From positions 82,398,001 through 82,462,000 of the forward strand of contig NC_083276.1 of the NCBI RefSeq assembly GCF_963506605.1: a stretch of DNA of 64,000 nucleotides, in the 5' to 3' direction. The position numbers and the translations under genes are program-made. Each line of letters opens with the position of its first letter. Positions within the stretch are counted from its first letter, which is position 1. Source of the DNA: Zootoca vivipara. Lineage: Eukaryota. Below the pieces are notes generated by a model, which saw only the letters and a list, made by a program, of their open reading frames with translations, ran no database searches and was not told the origin of the DNA. Shown in pieces: positions 1-12,475 of this stretch.

Positions 1-46
1 TAATGTGACAAAGAAGTGGAATCTGAGGGTCCCCTAATACAGAATA

Positions 47-288
47 CAGTGGTACCTCTGGTTAAGAACTTAATTCGTTCCAGAGGTCCGTTCTTAACCT
101 GAAACTGTTCTTAACCTGAGGTACCACTTTAGCTAATGGGCCCTCCCGCTGCTGCTGCGCCGCCGGCACGCGAGATATGTTCTCATCCTGAAGCAAAGTT
201 CTTAACCCGAGGTACCACTTCCGGGTTAGTGGAGTCTATAACCTGAAGCGTTTGTAACCTGAAGCATTTGTAACCCGAGGTACCACTG
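47..288. mobile_element. Tc1/mariner-pogo (Tigger-like) MITE
   Basis: TIRs CAGTGGTACCTC...GAGGTACCACTG flanked by TA at 45-46 and 289-290; no ORF. Confidence 0.85.
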
Positions 289-619
289 TAGTACTGACTC
301 AATAAAAAAGGAGTGTTTCTTCATTGCTTATTGGTGTCATCTTTCACTCTCTCTTCCCAATGAGTAAGTTGAAGCATGAGATAGAAATTGGCAGGAAACC
401 AAGTGGCAGAAATGAGCCAATTCAACCAGTGAGCCTGAACATCAACAGCAAAAAACAAAAAAACCAAAACCAGCTTTGCTTCACTGGGAGAACAATCCTA
501 TACATGTTTCCTCATGGGTCAGCCCTACAGTTTACAACGCAGCTTACACCCATGTGATGATAGGCAAATTTGCCGATTTCAGTTTCTCATTTCTCCACAC
601 TTACAAATTGATGTAGAAG

Positions 620-709
620 CATAGCTGCCAAGTTATCCCTTATTTTAAGGGATTTTCCCTTATGCTGAATAGGCTTCCTCGCAAGAAAAGGGAAAACTTG
701 GCAGCTATG
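620..709. mobile_element. 90-bp hAT-type MITE (CATAGCTGCCAAGTT family)
   Basis: 15-bp TIR CATAGCTGCCAAGTT/AACTTGGCAGCTATG; same family as 32944-33033 and 38091-38180; TGTAGAAG on both sides (right copy offset by 2 nt). Confidence 0.8.
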
Positions 710-1761
710 ACTGTAGAAGGTTGTTGTTTTTTTAATGTGAATTAGTTTTTAAAGTGCTCATGGAAATTCATCAGCATTTTAGTGTGGATTTATTCGAATA
801 TACACATAGTTGCAAAGTGATTTCCCTTAATATAATGCACATTTGTATGCTTTTCACCAATATATGCGTTTCATGCATACCTCACCACGCGCGTGCGCGT
901 GCGCACACACGCACACACACACACAGTGAGAGAGAGAGAGATTACTTGCCTGGGGAACTGCATTGCAAAATTTGCAGAAGTGTAAATTCTGAAGGATGTC
1001 TGTATTTTGATCCTTGTGTTGTTTCAGAAAGTGCAGGTTAGTTAGATTCCCCTTTAAAGAAGATCCCCTTTAAAGGAGAACTGAATCAAATTTCTCCCCC
1101 TTCCCTACTCCTTGTGCACAGGAATACAACATGAAAGGGCCAATTCATGCTTTTAGTTGCAGAACAGATATGCTGGCAAACTCATACAATGTCAAGTAAA
1201 TGAAGATTAGTGATGACCAGGCTCAGTCACTGAAACACAAATGAAATGAATTGGACTTCTTGTCCTTTTTTGTGAGCTCTCACAACCACCCTTCAAATAA
1301 TTTATTATCTAAGGCTGGGTTATAATGGGGGTGTATGTGGTTTCCTCCCCTGGCAAAAATCCCACTCACCATTTGTGATTAGGGCCCCTTTTCTCCTGAG
1401 GCCATTACAGAGAGAAGTCCCAACAATTTAGGCAGGCCCCACTCATTGAGGAGGCAGTCCTTAGCTCCCTGCTCCCCATTCCAGAGGCAACACTATAACT
1501 GGTGGCTACTGCTACTGAAAATGGCTGCAGCTTTACTGTGGCTCTTTTCATCAAATTGCCCGTCTCCCACCAGTAACAGTGGCAATGCCACTCTGATCTG
1601 GCTATGTGACGATGTCACCAAAAGCAAAGCAAACTAATTCAGACCTTTACTTGCTCTCCATCAGTTGTGCTTGCCCTCAGTGGGCAGCAACATCACCATT
1701 GCTAGGATGGCAAAGGGCAATTTTAAAGGGGAACAAAAATAATGGCCAAGTAACACCTGTT

Positions 1762-2573
1762 GGGGCGCTGTGGGTTAAACCACTGAGCCTAGGGCTTGCC
1801 GATCAGAAGGTCGGTGGTTCGAATCCCCGTGACGGGGTGAGCTCCCGTTGCTCGGTCCCGGCTCCTGCAAACCTAGCAGTTCAAAAGCACGTCAAAGTGC
1901 AAGTAGATAAATACAGCGGGAAGGTAAACGGTGTTTCCGTGTGCTGCTCTGGTTTTTGTCATGCTGGCCACATGATCTGGAAGCTGTACGCCGGCTCCCT
2001 CGGCCAATAACACGGGATGAGCGCCGCAACCCCAGAGTTGGTCACGACTGGACCTAATTGTCAGGGGGACTCCTTACAGGGACCCTCCCCCAGTCATCCT
2101 GACCAGCACTTCGCCCAGTGACAGCGCTAGCAGCAGGTCAGGAGAAGGGAATGAGGAATGGAGCGGAGTGGAGAGGGGGCTCCAAGACATGTCAGAGCCT
2201 CGGCACCGACCCAGCTGGCCAGAGGAGGAAGGACAGCGCAGCAAGGTGTCGGAGCCTCAGGAACACTCCAGCCAAAGGACGGGAGAAGGAACGCAGCCCC
2301 TTCCGGCGCCCGAATTGAGGCGCGCGCCCACACGCAGGGCTAGGGGGCGGCGCTTTGGGGTGCCCAGGCTTTTATGCTGGTCCAAGGCGCGACGGAAGCC
2401 ATTGCTGGGTTCTGAATCAGACTAGGCAGTCATGTTTTCTGATCTCTCTGCACTGTAAATATTATGCCCAATAAAGCTCTTGAGGACAGAGCAGGCTGGA
2501 GCGTCTTTACTCGAGAGTAGCCGCAACAATCCCCTGACACTAATGGTCAGGGGTCCCTTTATCTTTACCTTTA
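1762..2573 (+). mobile_element. Sauria SINE (Squam1-like), interrupted by a solo LTR
   Basis: tRNA-like head (GGCGCTGTGGGTTAAACC...GGTTCGAATCC), body GTGCAAGTAGATAAATA, tail GGTCAGGGGTCCCTTTATCTTTACCTTTA resumes at 2545. Confidence 0.85.
2059..2539 (+). mobile_element. Solo LTR (481 bp)
   Basis: TGTCAGGGG...CCCCTGACA termini, 5-bp TSD CTAAT (2054-2058, 2540-2544), AATAAA near 2470. Confidence 0.8.
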
Positions 2574-3534
2574 ACAGTAAAGTCCAGCTTAAAGAACCAC
2601 AAGGAGGGAGAGGGTCAGGAAGCCTTGAAACCGCTCATCAACAACACCTGAACCACAACAGATTGAGCAGGCACACAGGTCACATTCCTTCTCACTATGG
2701 TGAGACACCTTTCTATTTAAATTATAGCAAACTGTAGTAATTATTTCTATCTGTGTGCATTATTTTTTGCCTGCCTCTTTGATGATGCATATGGACCTAC
2801 CCTAAATATAGTCACATGGGGATCTCTCAACCCCCTGAAACACCCCCTTTTACACCAAATTGTCCACTGGGAAACATTTAGGCCCATTCCTAACTGTGTG
2901 TGACATATATTCATGATGCACTCATGGCAATTCAGAAAATGATTAGAAATGTGTCTCCAGGTCCAGAAGGTGATCACTGGCAGTACAAACCACAGGTCCA
3001 TCTATTCCAGCATTGTGTTTTCAGTAAGATGCTTCTGAGCATGAAAAGAGCAATTTCTGAATAAAGCTTCAGTGAAAATACTATTTTATATTGCCCCAAT
3101 AAATTGTTTATAGGAACTCTTATCCAGAGCACTTACATTGTTTTCATGATAACTGAGAGAAACTTTATGACCGTGATCCACAAATCATATGACTCACGGT
3201 GTATCTATTTGAAAATGTCTTCATCACCTCTTCCAAAAGATGTAATGTTGTCCAACTTTTCCATTAGAAAGCTGCTATGTCCCACTAAACATCTAAATAT
3301 CACTGGTTAAGCAAATGGTTTTTAATGAAGTAATGATCACCTGCAGAAATGAATTGAAGCAATATAATTAGGATCACCATATTTCAAATGGTGAAAATCC
3401 AGCCAGAAAAGTTGCTGAACTGCTGCTTCTCCCTTTTGCCAAAGTTGTTTTGCTTTTTTGAGTTTTGGCCCAATTTGTTGGGCAAACTTTTTGAAGTTTT
3501 TTGAAGGGAAATCGCCAAAAACAATATTGCCGAC

Positions 3535-3650
3535 ACGGGTTGCCATACATCTGGATTTTCGCAAATATTTTTGCGATTCCTACCCAGACACTGCTTCCAA
3601 ATGCAGTATTCCAGATATGTCTGGGAAATTCAGGACATGTGGCAACCTTA
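3535..3650. mobile_element. Degenerate hAT-like MITE
   Basis: Imperfect TIR GGGTTGCCATAC / CATGTGGCAACC; a similar terminus recurs at ~60672. Confidence 0.5.
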
Positions 3651-3768
3651 AATATAATACAACCACAAGTACTGTAAAGGGTTAGCATTCTGTTGTGGTG
3701 GATCCATAGATTCAAATCTGTATGGCAAGTGGTGGTGTTTATGCCGCCAATAATAAATGGAAATCTTG

Positions 3769-4737
3769 CTATCGACCTCTGAGTACCATCACTTTCCTTT
3801 GCAATATTTTGCCGAGGGTATCCTTCACCTCTTCATTTCTCAGGCTGTAGATCAATGGGTTCAACATGGGGAAAATAACAGTATAAAACACTGAGATTAT
3901 TTTGTCTGTGTCCAGAGCATAGCTGGAGCTTGGGCGCAAGTATGTGAAGAGAAGAGTACCATAGTACAAAGTGACAGCCGTCAAGTGGGACGTGCAGGTG
4001 GAAAAGGCTTTGTGGCGGCCTTCTGCTGAGTGGATCCCTAGGATGGTGCAAAGGATGTAGGCATAAGAGATGAGGATGAACACAAAAGTGCTCGTTTGGA
4101 TGAATCCACAAAGGGCAAAGAGCAGGATTTCATTGAAGTGGGTGCTGGAGCAGGAAAGGGCCAACAGAGGAGGGATGTCACAGAAGAAATGATTGATGAC
4201 ATTGGAATTGCAGAAGGAGAGATGAAATGTAAAGTAAGTGTGCAAAAATGAGCTCATGCCGCCTGTGAGATAGGAGCCAGCAACCAGACAGACACAAACC
4301 TTGCGTGACATGAGAACTGGATAAAGCAGCGGGTTACAAATGGCCATGTAGCGGTCGTACGCCATGGCAGCCAGCAGGAGGCATTCCGCATCTGCAAAGG
4401 AAGCAAACAGATACATTTGCGCAATGCATCCTGCAAGCGAAATAGTTTTCCTTCCTGTTAAGAAACTGCCCAGCATCTTGGGAGTAATGGCAGAGGAATA
4501 ACTGAGGTCTAGGAAGGCCAGGTTGTTCAGGAAAAAGTACATCGGACTGTGCAGAGAGGGACTGATCCAGATTAATGTGATGATGCCGATGTTCCCCACC
4601 AGGGTAGCCACATAGATGGCCAGGAAGAGCACAAAGAGGACTACCTGTGTCTCTTGGTGATCTGTGAAACCAAGGAGAATGAACTCAGTCACTGTTGTCT
4701 GATTCCCCTTGACCATTGCTTCTGTTTTCATATTCAT
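3769..4737 (-). CDS. Olfactory receptor, class II, OR5-like (intact); true start may be the Met of MVKGNQT
   Basis: 322 aa 7TM with [46 protein letters not shown]-terminal NQT sequon; splice acceptor TCTCTTTCAG at ~4834 on minus strand. Confidence 0.97.
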   Translation of the reverse strand: MNMKTEAMVKGNQTTVTEFILLGFTDHQETQVVLFVLFLAIYVATLVGNIGIITLIWISPSLHSPMYFFLNNLAFLDLSYSSAITPKMLGSFLTGRKTISLAGCIAQMYLFASFADAECLLLAAMAYDRYMAICNPLLYPVLMSRKVCVCLVAGSYLTGGMSSFLHTYFTFHLSFCNSNVINHFFCDIPPLLALSCSSTHFNEILLFALCGFIQTSTFVFILISYAYILCTILGIHSAEGRHKAFSTCTSHLTAVTLYYGTLLFTYLRPSSSYALDTDKIISVFYTVIFPMLNPLIYSLRNEEVKDTLGKILQRKVMVLRGR

Positions 4738-4998
4738 ATATATGGAAGCAGCACTTGCCGATCTGAGTAGGGAGATGGCAGAGAAGTTGCTCTAAGAGCA
4801 GGTCTCCCTTCAGATTTCGTCTGTTCCCTGTATCTGAAAGAGAAGGTGAATGTGCTTAACAGCCCATCCATTCTGAAACGCTGCTTTGTATAATCACCGT
4901 TTATCCAACTGAAAACCTTCACAAGCGTTGTCATAAGGGTAATAAAAATGATTGGCTCTATTTGGCATAAAATGAATATATTCAAGTTGTGCCTATAG

Positions 4999-5134
4999 CA
5001 GGCACCCTCAAACTGCAGCCCTCCAGGTGTTTTGGCCCACAACTCCCATGATCACTAGCTAACAGAACCAGTGGTCAGGGAAGATGGGAATTGTAGTCCA
5101 AAACATCTGTAGGGCCGAAGTTTGGGGATGCCTG
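4999..5134. mobile_element. hAT (Charlie-like) MITE, 136 bp
   Basis: TIR CAGGCACCCTCAAACT / AGTTTGGGGATGCCTG; near-perfect 8-bp TSD GCCTATAG/GCATATAG. Confidence 0.8.
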
Positions 5135-5449
5135 GCATATAGTGTTTGGAGATGTGAATAAATTGAGAATCAGGAGCTTTACAAATCCTGAAAAACCTGC
5201 TTGCCGAAGGCAAAAGGGAGATGAGTCCCCATGTGCCACATGTAACAGCAATGTCTGCCGTTAATGTCCTATGATACACACACGCACAACATTTCTGGAT
5301 TACTTGCACTCAATAAATATAACACAATAATACAGTGCTCCATTATGCAATGTGTTAGATTTAAAACTTGTATTAAATCAGAAAAAAACTTTCAAAATTA
5401 AGAACACCATTCAGTAGAACAGAGTTGGGGACGTTGTGGCCCTCCAGAT

Positions 5450-5585
5450 CAGGCATCCCCAAACTGCGGCCCTCCAGATGTTTTGGCCTACAACTCCCAT
5501 GATCCCTAGCTAACAGGACCAGTGGTCAGGCATGATGGGAATTGTAGTCCAAAACATCTGGAGGGCTGAAGTTTGGGGATGCCTG
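5450..5585. mobile_element. hAT MITE nested in an older related MITE (~5420-5695)
   Basis: TIR CAGGCATCCCCAAACT / AGTTTGGGGATGCCTG; perfect TSD CTCCAGAT (5442-5449, 5586-5593). Confidence 0.88.
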
Positions 5586-6079
5586 CTCCAGATGCTGCTG
5601 TACTACAACTCCCATCATGCCTGACAACTGACCAACTGGGGCTGATGAGTGTTGGGAGGCCAGCAACCTATGGGGCCCCAAGTTATCCACTTCTGCATTA
5701 AACTTGTTAATTTCAAAAAGGAACTGCGAGATGAGAGGAGCAATAAAGCCGAATGGCGGGAGGGAGGGAAGTCGCAAGCTCGGCAGAGCGAAAGGATTGA
5801 GAAGGGTGAATTTAAGATGTAATGTAATTTGTTTTGTTTATTTGGAAAATTTAATGAAATTTTTTTTAAAAAAAAAACTATAAACCAGCAGGAAGGTATT
5901 TACACAGTCACAGCTTTAAAACAATAAAACAGATTTTAATCAGTGAAAAACTAATGGGGACAGAGGGGTGTATGTGTGTGCATTTAAAGTACCTGTATTT
6001 TTTAATACTATGGTACTTCCCTGCTCCTTACTTTGCTCTATCTTTCTCTCAGTATAAAAGCACGATTATGCACATATAA

Positions 6080-6083
<4 letters not shown>

Positions 6084-6130
<47 letters not shown>
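6084..6130. repeat. (TA)n microsatellite
   Basis: Directly visible. Confidence 0.95.
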
Positions 6131-6131
<1 letters not shown>

Positions 6132-7300
6132 TCAGAGCAAAGAGAGCTTTACAGCACAATCTTAACCACGTATATTTAACAGGAAGTCCAAAGTAAGCAG
6201 GGTTAGTATTGCAGGTTGAGCTATCTTCTGCTTTCTTAAATAATCCCTCACTGCCTCCCAAAAGCTGCTAACAAATCATGATGATATGTGCAGTACTGTA
6301 CTTACTTTCAGAACATAATGACTATCACTAGAAAAATGGAAGGAGGAGTGACAAATTCCGGGGGTATCTGCAAGAAAGAGAAAGTTTTAGCGTTTTGTGC
6401 ACATAACAGTCCATATAACAAGTTCACCTTTTTTAAAAAAAAAATCCAGGTTAACCAATCGAAAGAGCTGTTTCTGTTTCTTGATTCCCTGTTCACTTGG
6501 TCCACCGTAGCTACAGAGACTACTTCATAAGGGAGGGCACCCATATCCAGCCACTGTGTAAGAACTCGAAGGTAAATCAGCTTCGCCGTGAGGAGTTTCT
6601 GTGAGGAGTTCATTGTGAAGAGTTTCACTAACTTAGCTGAGGGGTACATAGCGAAAATATGTCGTTTTGCTTTGGGGTTGTATTTTGGCACTGTGCTGAT
6701 TTTAGGTGAGCTGCCTTGTGTACTTCAGTAGAAAGAGGGTATAAAATCTTATTATTTATTTATTTATTTAAAAACATTTCTGAGCTGCCTATTATTTCAA
6801 AATACAATAAAACAGAGAATACATTAAAAAAAACAAAGCTGCAGCATAAAACCGGTAAAGGGAAATGATAAAAACCGGGAAATCAGTAATAATGGGCTCC
6901 GAACATATGGGTTTGTTTGTTTAAAAGCCTGAGCAAAATGTTTTAGCACTTCAGCATCTGAAGAAACTTGGGGATAATGCTTCAAGTACTGTATTATCAG
7001 AGAAAATAATATGACTAAGGTGCTCCCTCTGGCCTTTTCTCTCCTAGTTTCTGCCCTGTGACAGGCTTTTGCTTCCATTGCCATCTGCACTTTGAGGAAC
7101 ATGAATGCCGTAGCAGAAGGAATATATCCTTCAGTGTCTACTAAGAATGCAGATACTGTACCATTCTTACTTCACATCGAAGCTTACAGAGAGAAAGTGC
7201 AGGGTCTAGGGATAACTAATCTATGCAATGCTCTCATAAGAATTCACACCAAACTTGTTGGATCGGGTTGGAACTATGGCCTGGAGAACTTGCATCATAG

Positions 7301-7372
7301 CATCATAGAATTGTAGAGTTGGAAGGGACCGTGAGGGTCATCTAGTCCAACCCCTTGCAATGCAGGAATCTT
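7301..7372 (-). mobile_element. CR1-type 3' end fragment
   Basis: CATAGAATTGTAGAGTTGGAAGGGACC...TCTAGTCCAACCCC resembles the CR1 tails elsewhere in the window. Confidence 0.6.
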
Positions 7373-8025
7373 TTGCCCAATGTGCCCTGAGATTAAGAGA
7401 CTCGTGCTCCATCTTTGGCACTGGAAAACATACTGCCTCTGAAAAGTGGGAGCAGTAATCTAGTCCATAAAGTGCTCATTGTAAGATTATGAAACACTGT
7501 GCAATTTAAAAGTGCTATACGGTAAATGATGAGGCACTCTCTGCTTCAGCATTAGGGCATATAATACTATCGCAATATATAAATATATAGCAATGGCAGA
7601 GCAGGGGGAGAGAGGCATGATAATCACCTTGTCTGCCTTTTATTTAATTTTAAATATAGGTAAGCATAATTTTAATATAGGATTATCAACAAATTTAATA
7701 TAATTTTAGCTCTTTAACCAGTTAGTCAGTTTCATTAAAATAATGTAATGTTACCCATACTTCATTATTCTTTATTATTATTACTCTTATTTATTAATTG
7801 ATGTATTTATATACCACCATCTCATAAAATATCAGGGCAGTATGGTGCAATATAAAAACATAAAAACCATTAAAGGTAATACAGAGCAATCATTAAAATG
7901 ATTGGCTACTCAATAAAATTCTAAACAACTGCATAGGCCTGTTCACATAAAAAGGTCTTCAAGAGACATCTGAAAAGTCAAAAGGGAGGATGCCTGCCCA
8001 ATCTCTGTTTGAGAGTGTTTTACAG

Positions 8026-8230
8026 TAGGCATGTCCAACAGGTAGATCGTGGGGTGTTCCTAGTAGATGCTGGTAGATCTTTGGCCCCTCAGTGAGCTCC
8101 CCCCCCCTCAAAAAAGGGGGGAACTATTTTTGACTTCCTAAAAAAAGCTCAACAACTTTGCCTCTCCCAAAAAGCTCAACAACAATGGGTAGATCACTGC
8201 CAGTTTTTGTATACTGTGAGTAGATTGCAG
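8026..8230. mobile_element. hAT-like MITE fragment
   Basis: AGGCATGTCCAAC terminus; inverted relative of 9282-9477 (shared GTAGATCACTGCCAGTTTTT and AAAAAGCTCAACAACTTTG). Confidence 0.6.
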
Positions 8231-8965
8231 GGAGTTGTTTTGCAGCATAGGACCAATGACACTAAATTAATGGCTTCTGTGTGAGGTCAGTCAAGCCTCT
8301 GTAACATTTCGTTTATGCATTGCTTCCCATAAAACATCCCATAGTGATTTTACAAGAAACACAGGTTCTTTTTCAGATATTCTTGCAATGTAACTTGAAT
8401 TTAATGTTAGAAGAAAAAGTTTTCCTTAACTTTCATTGATTCCCTTTTATAGAAACCTGTAGCAACTAAATTAGCCCCCCTAATAACCTCTTGGCTCCTC
8501 TGACACATTTGGCTCTTGCTAATTCAAGTTACCAACCTTCACTCAATCAACTAACAAACTTTAGTTGATATATCTACCAATCAAGTCTTCAATCCTATTG
8601 AAATTATATTTTGCGTTAGTACAAGAGCTTCAAAAGATACTTTAAGAAAGCAACAGTGCTGTTTTGAAATATTCCAAAGGAGAATATCTTTCTCATCACT
8701 TTCTCAAACTTTGGCACAGATGCTTAACTCAAAGCTTCTTATTTCTCTGACCAACTCATCACCAGCCCTTTTGTCCCTTTACATTGGAGAAATGATCATA
8801 CCTGTTAGATAAGATGGACGACGACCATTCTCTATTCCTGAGGATATGTCAGACAGAGTTGGTGGTTTCCTTCCATCCAACATAATGCCACTTTGAAAGC
8901 GAGATAAACTCATTTCTCTGTCTTTCAAGACAAGACCTGTTGGGAAAATTAAAATGCCCTTTGCA

Positions 8966-8988
8966 TCTCCTGGGGAGTTGCTTAATGA
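8966..8988 (-). promoter_or_regulatory. Candidate OR promoter module: O/E (EBF) site plus homeodomain site
   Basis: TCTCCTGGGGAG (rc CTCCCCAGGAGA) followed 5 nt later by TAATGA, upstream of the minus-strand OR at 4737; candidate donor CAG|GTATG at ~8800. Confidence 0.45.
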
Positions 8989-9281
8989 CATGCAGAAAAG
9001 TGGCCTTGAAAAGTTAAGTAAAGTTCATAGTATTTTGACTAACATTTGGTAGGGAAACTTAGCAAACTGCAAAAAAGCAAAATCAAAAACACAGTACTTT
9101 CTTTAAAAGCACAGACATTTGTTGCCTGACGTGAAGATGAGTAAAGAACCCATTTTGATGGAACAACCTGAGCACCTTATTTTGCTAAAAGGGAAATAGT
9201 GCCTGTCATTTTGGTTGTCAAGCTAGTTGGCAAGAGGGAAAGAGACACCATATAAGGTCCCTTTGAGTAAGTCATCCATTA

Positions 9282-9477
9282 CAGGCATGTCCAACTTTCA
9301 AGAGACTGAGATCTACTCCCACTATTAAAAAAAACTGGCAGTGATCTACCAAAGTTGTTGAGCTTTTTTGGGGGGAAGTCAAAGTTAGTGGGGGAGCAGT
9401 GATCTACCACAATCTACCAAAGACCCCCCGCAACGCGATCTACCAGTAGATGATGATCTACCTGTTGGCCATCCCTG
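9282..9477. mobile_element. hAT-like MITE
   Basis: TIR CAGGCATGTCCAAC / GTTGGCCATCCCTG. Confidence 0.65.
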
Positions 9478-10267
9478 CATTATGGCATGCTGGGGGGGGG
9501 GGGTCCAGATCTTATATCCATCACAATGGTCTCTCTAAACTTATTGCCTGACCTGTGTACTCAGAATTCCTGCTCACTTAGAACAGGGATGGGAAATCTT
9601 TTTTTCAATCTGAAGGCCACATTCCCTCCCTGACAAGCTTCTGGGGGCCATATGCCTGTGGTGGATTGGGAACAGAGGCAAAAGTATGCAGAGCAGTGAA
9701 TGTGATTCCTCACATGTGTAGTAAACTTCTTCCAGCCCTGCAAAAGTCAGGAATTTCTACACACCCAGCTACACACCTCTCCATTTTCCTTTCAGGCAAG
9801 CAATTGGCTTTATGAAAGTTTGAGGAGTCATCCCAGCCAGGCCAAAGCCCCAACAGTCCTACCAATGACATCCCATCTACTTTGCACTTGATTTAATTAT
9901 TTGTGGCTATGTTCTTACATTTGTACTCCATAAAACCCAAGGTGGCATAAATGCATTTTGCAGAGGTCACCTATTCAGGTACAACCATATCTAGACCTGC
10001 TCAGCTTTATCAAATGGCTCCATGTGCTTTCCCAGCCATAGCCTAGGACCATTGTAAATTGACTCTTCACTTGACTTATTACTATTATTCATTAATTTTT
10101 TTATACCACCTTTCATCCAAAGATCACAGGGTGATTTACATGATCAAAGTATAAAGACTTGTGGGCTAGAGGTTCCCCACCCCTTTCAGAAAACCCAAGT
10201 GTTGTATCCAACATTAGTTGTATTCAGAGTAGAACTATTGAATCAAGTCATCCCAATCTCTGTCAAG

Positions 10268-10398
10268 CATAGAATCATAGATTTGGAAGAGACCACAAGG
10301 GCCATCCAGTCCAACCCCCTGCCAAGCAGGAAACACTATCAAAGCATTCTTGACATATGGCTGTCAAGCCTCTGCTTAAAGACCTCCAAAGAAGGAGA
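10268..10398 (-). mobile_element. CR1 LINE 3' end, 5'-truncated
   Basis: Near-identical to the tail of the RT-encoding CR1 at 18093. Confidence 0.85.
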
Positions 10399-11175
10399 CA
10401 GTAGCAAGAGATTCCAGGGTTCTTGACAATTCACCAGGGTTTGTGTTTCTTTGGAGGAAGTGAGGCACAATGGAGGCTAGTGTCTTTAGGAAGTATGGTT
10501 TTTACACACATATTTACCACCTGAGTTTTATGGAGAGTTCACAGCATTTGCATCTCTAGAGGGCCTTGTCCTTCCCAACAGTGCAGCATTGGATTCAGAA
10601 GCATGCTAAGCACCAAACTTGTGTCTGTCTGTAACAGCCTGCTCCAGCCAGCCAGCATGGCGGCTGCCCTTCAGTCCTGACATGGAGCTCTGCCCACTTC
10701 CTCCTCCTGTTTCCTGGTGGTATCTGTGGAAAACAACCCTTCCGCTTCCAGCATCCCCAGCCTCTGTTGCCTCAACCATGGCAACCTCTGTTTCTCTTTT
10801 TAAAAAATAATAATAATAATAATCAATTTTTATTAAATTTTCACTTACAAATCAATCATATCAAACCAATTATTCCAAATTGTACAAATATATACCTATT
10901 AAACCAAATATTATGCCAAATTATAAAAATTTTGCTTCCCCATGCTTCAAATTCTGAGGGTTCTGATTATCGATAATTGCTGCCATTCTAAGCAAAGTTC
11001 CAAGTTCTTTCCAGTCATTTTAATCCAACATAGTCCAGATCTTTTCCAACAGTTCTAATAATATTGTTCTCTTCCTCTTATAGATTCATAGAGTTGGAAG
11101 AGACCACAAGGGCCATCCAGTCCAACCCCCTGCCAAGCAGGAAACACCATCAAAGCATTCTTGACATATGCCTGT

Positions 11176-12008
11176 TGTGACGGATTGGCCTGGTGGGCAA
11201 AAGAACCCCAGGGTGCAGAGAGTTAAACCCCAACCTCCTGGATAAATGACGCATTCCATTCCTGAGGGGCGGGACTGCCAGGAGTTTAAAAGGAATGGGA
11301 GGCAGTTAATTCGGGGGAGAGGGTTGTGGGAGCGAGGGAGAGTGTGGGTAGGCGTAGGAGATCTTAAAGTGTTCTGAGGAGTTTAATTGATTTATAGTAT
11401 CTAGCCATTGTTTATTGAAACTAAGAATATGATCTAAGAGCCTGTACACATGAAACCATTACGCGTTTAAAAGACCTCTAGTAATAAAGCTTTCTTAAAT
11501 GTTAGTGGATGTGCTTAGTTATTCCAGCTGGGTATCTAATCTCACAGAAGTGGTGGCTCAGTAGAGGACAAAACTTACCTCGGGAATAGAGGCAACGGGT
11601 TGTGTCTTAGAGTTACACGGAGGAGGCTTAGGAGGCTAACCTGGGGTGCTACAAAGTTGCCAGAGTGGAAAGGGCAAACTTTTGCAGTGGGGAATCAATC
11701 TGACTGAGACCCTTTACTGTAGGCAAGAGGTTAGTCTGTCAAACAGCCTAGAGTTTATCATGATACCGGGCCATGTAAGCTGGAAGACTCTCTTTACTAA
11801 GAAACCCAAGTAACAGGGGTTTATTTTAAGGCAGCAGGAGAAGTGGGGGGTGGTGGTTTCACCCCGGATTCCTGTGTCACATTTTTAGTAATAGAGAGTG
11901 AGGACATTTCGTCACATATTAAGAAGGATCCCCGAAAGTTTAGTGACAACGCCGGGACTGGGTTTGCCGCATATTAATTGGTGGCAAAGTCCTTCTGGTT
12001 TCGTCGCA
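11176..12008 (+). mobile_element. Solo LTR (833 bp)
   Basis: TGTGACG...CGTCGCA termini, 5-bp TSD CCTGT (11171-11175, 12009-12013), TTTAAAA at ~11285 and AATAAA at ~11483. Confidence 0.82.
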
Positions 12009-12475
12009 CCTGTCAAGCCTCTGGTTAAAGACCTCCAAAGAAGGAGACTCCGCCACACTCCTTGGTAGCAAATTCCACTGTCGAACAGCTCTTACTGTCA
12101 GGAAGTTCTTCCTAATGTTTAGGTGGAATCTTCTTTCTTGTAGCTTGAATCCATTGCTCCGTGTCCGCTTCTCTGGAGCAGCAGAAAACAACCTTTCACC
12201 CTCCTCTATATGACATCCTTTTATATATTTGAACATGGCTTATCATATCACCCCTTAACCTTCTCTTCTCCAGGCTAAACATACCCAGCTCCCTAAGCCG
12301 TTCCTCATAAGGCATTGTTTCCAGGCCTTTGACCATTTTGGTTGCCCTCCTCTGGACACGTTCCAGCTTGTCAGTATCCTTCTTGAACTGTGGTGCCCAG
12401 AACTGGACACAGTACTCCAGGTGAGGTCTGACTAGAGCAGAATACAGTGGTCCTATTACTTCCCTTGATCTAGAT

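Noticed and set aside
61-290. Repeated TTCTTAACC / TAACCTGAAGC units resembling a spaced array
   Set aside because: Subterminal repeats of a Tigger-like MITE; not CRISPR (eukaryote, no regular spacers)
1762-1830. tRNA-like sequences with A/B boxes (also ~15405, ~21330, ~24920, ~43020)
   Set aside because: SINE heads continuous with SINE bodies and tails; not tRNA genes
3318-3328. TTTTTAATGA, similar to the extended homeodomain site of mouse OR enhancers
   Set aside because: Single short AT-rich match with no convincing adjacent O/E site; expected by chance
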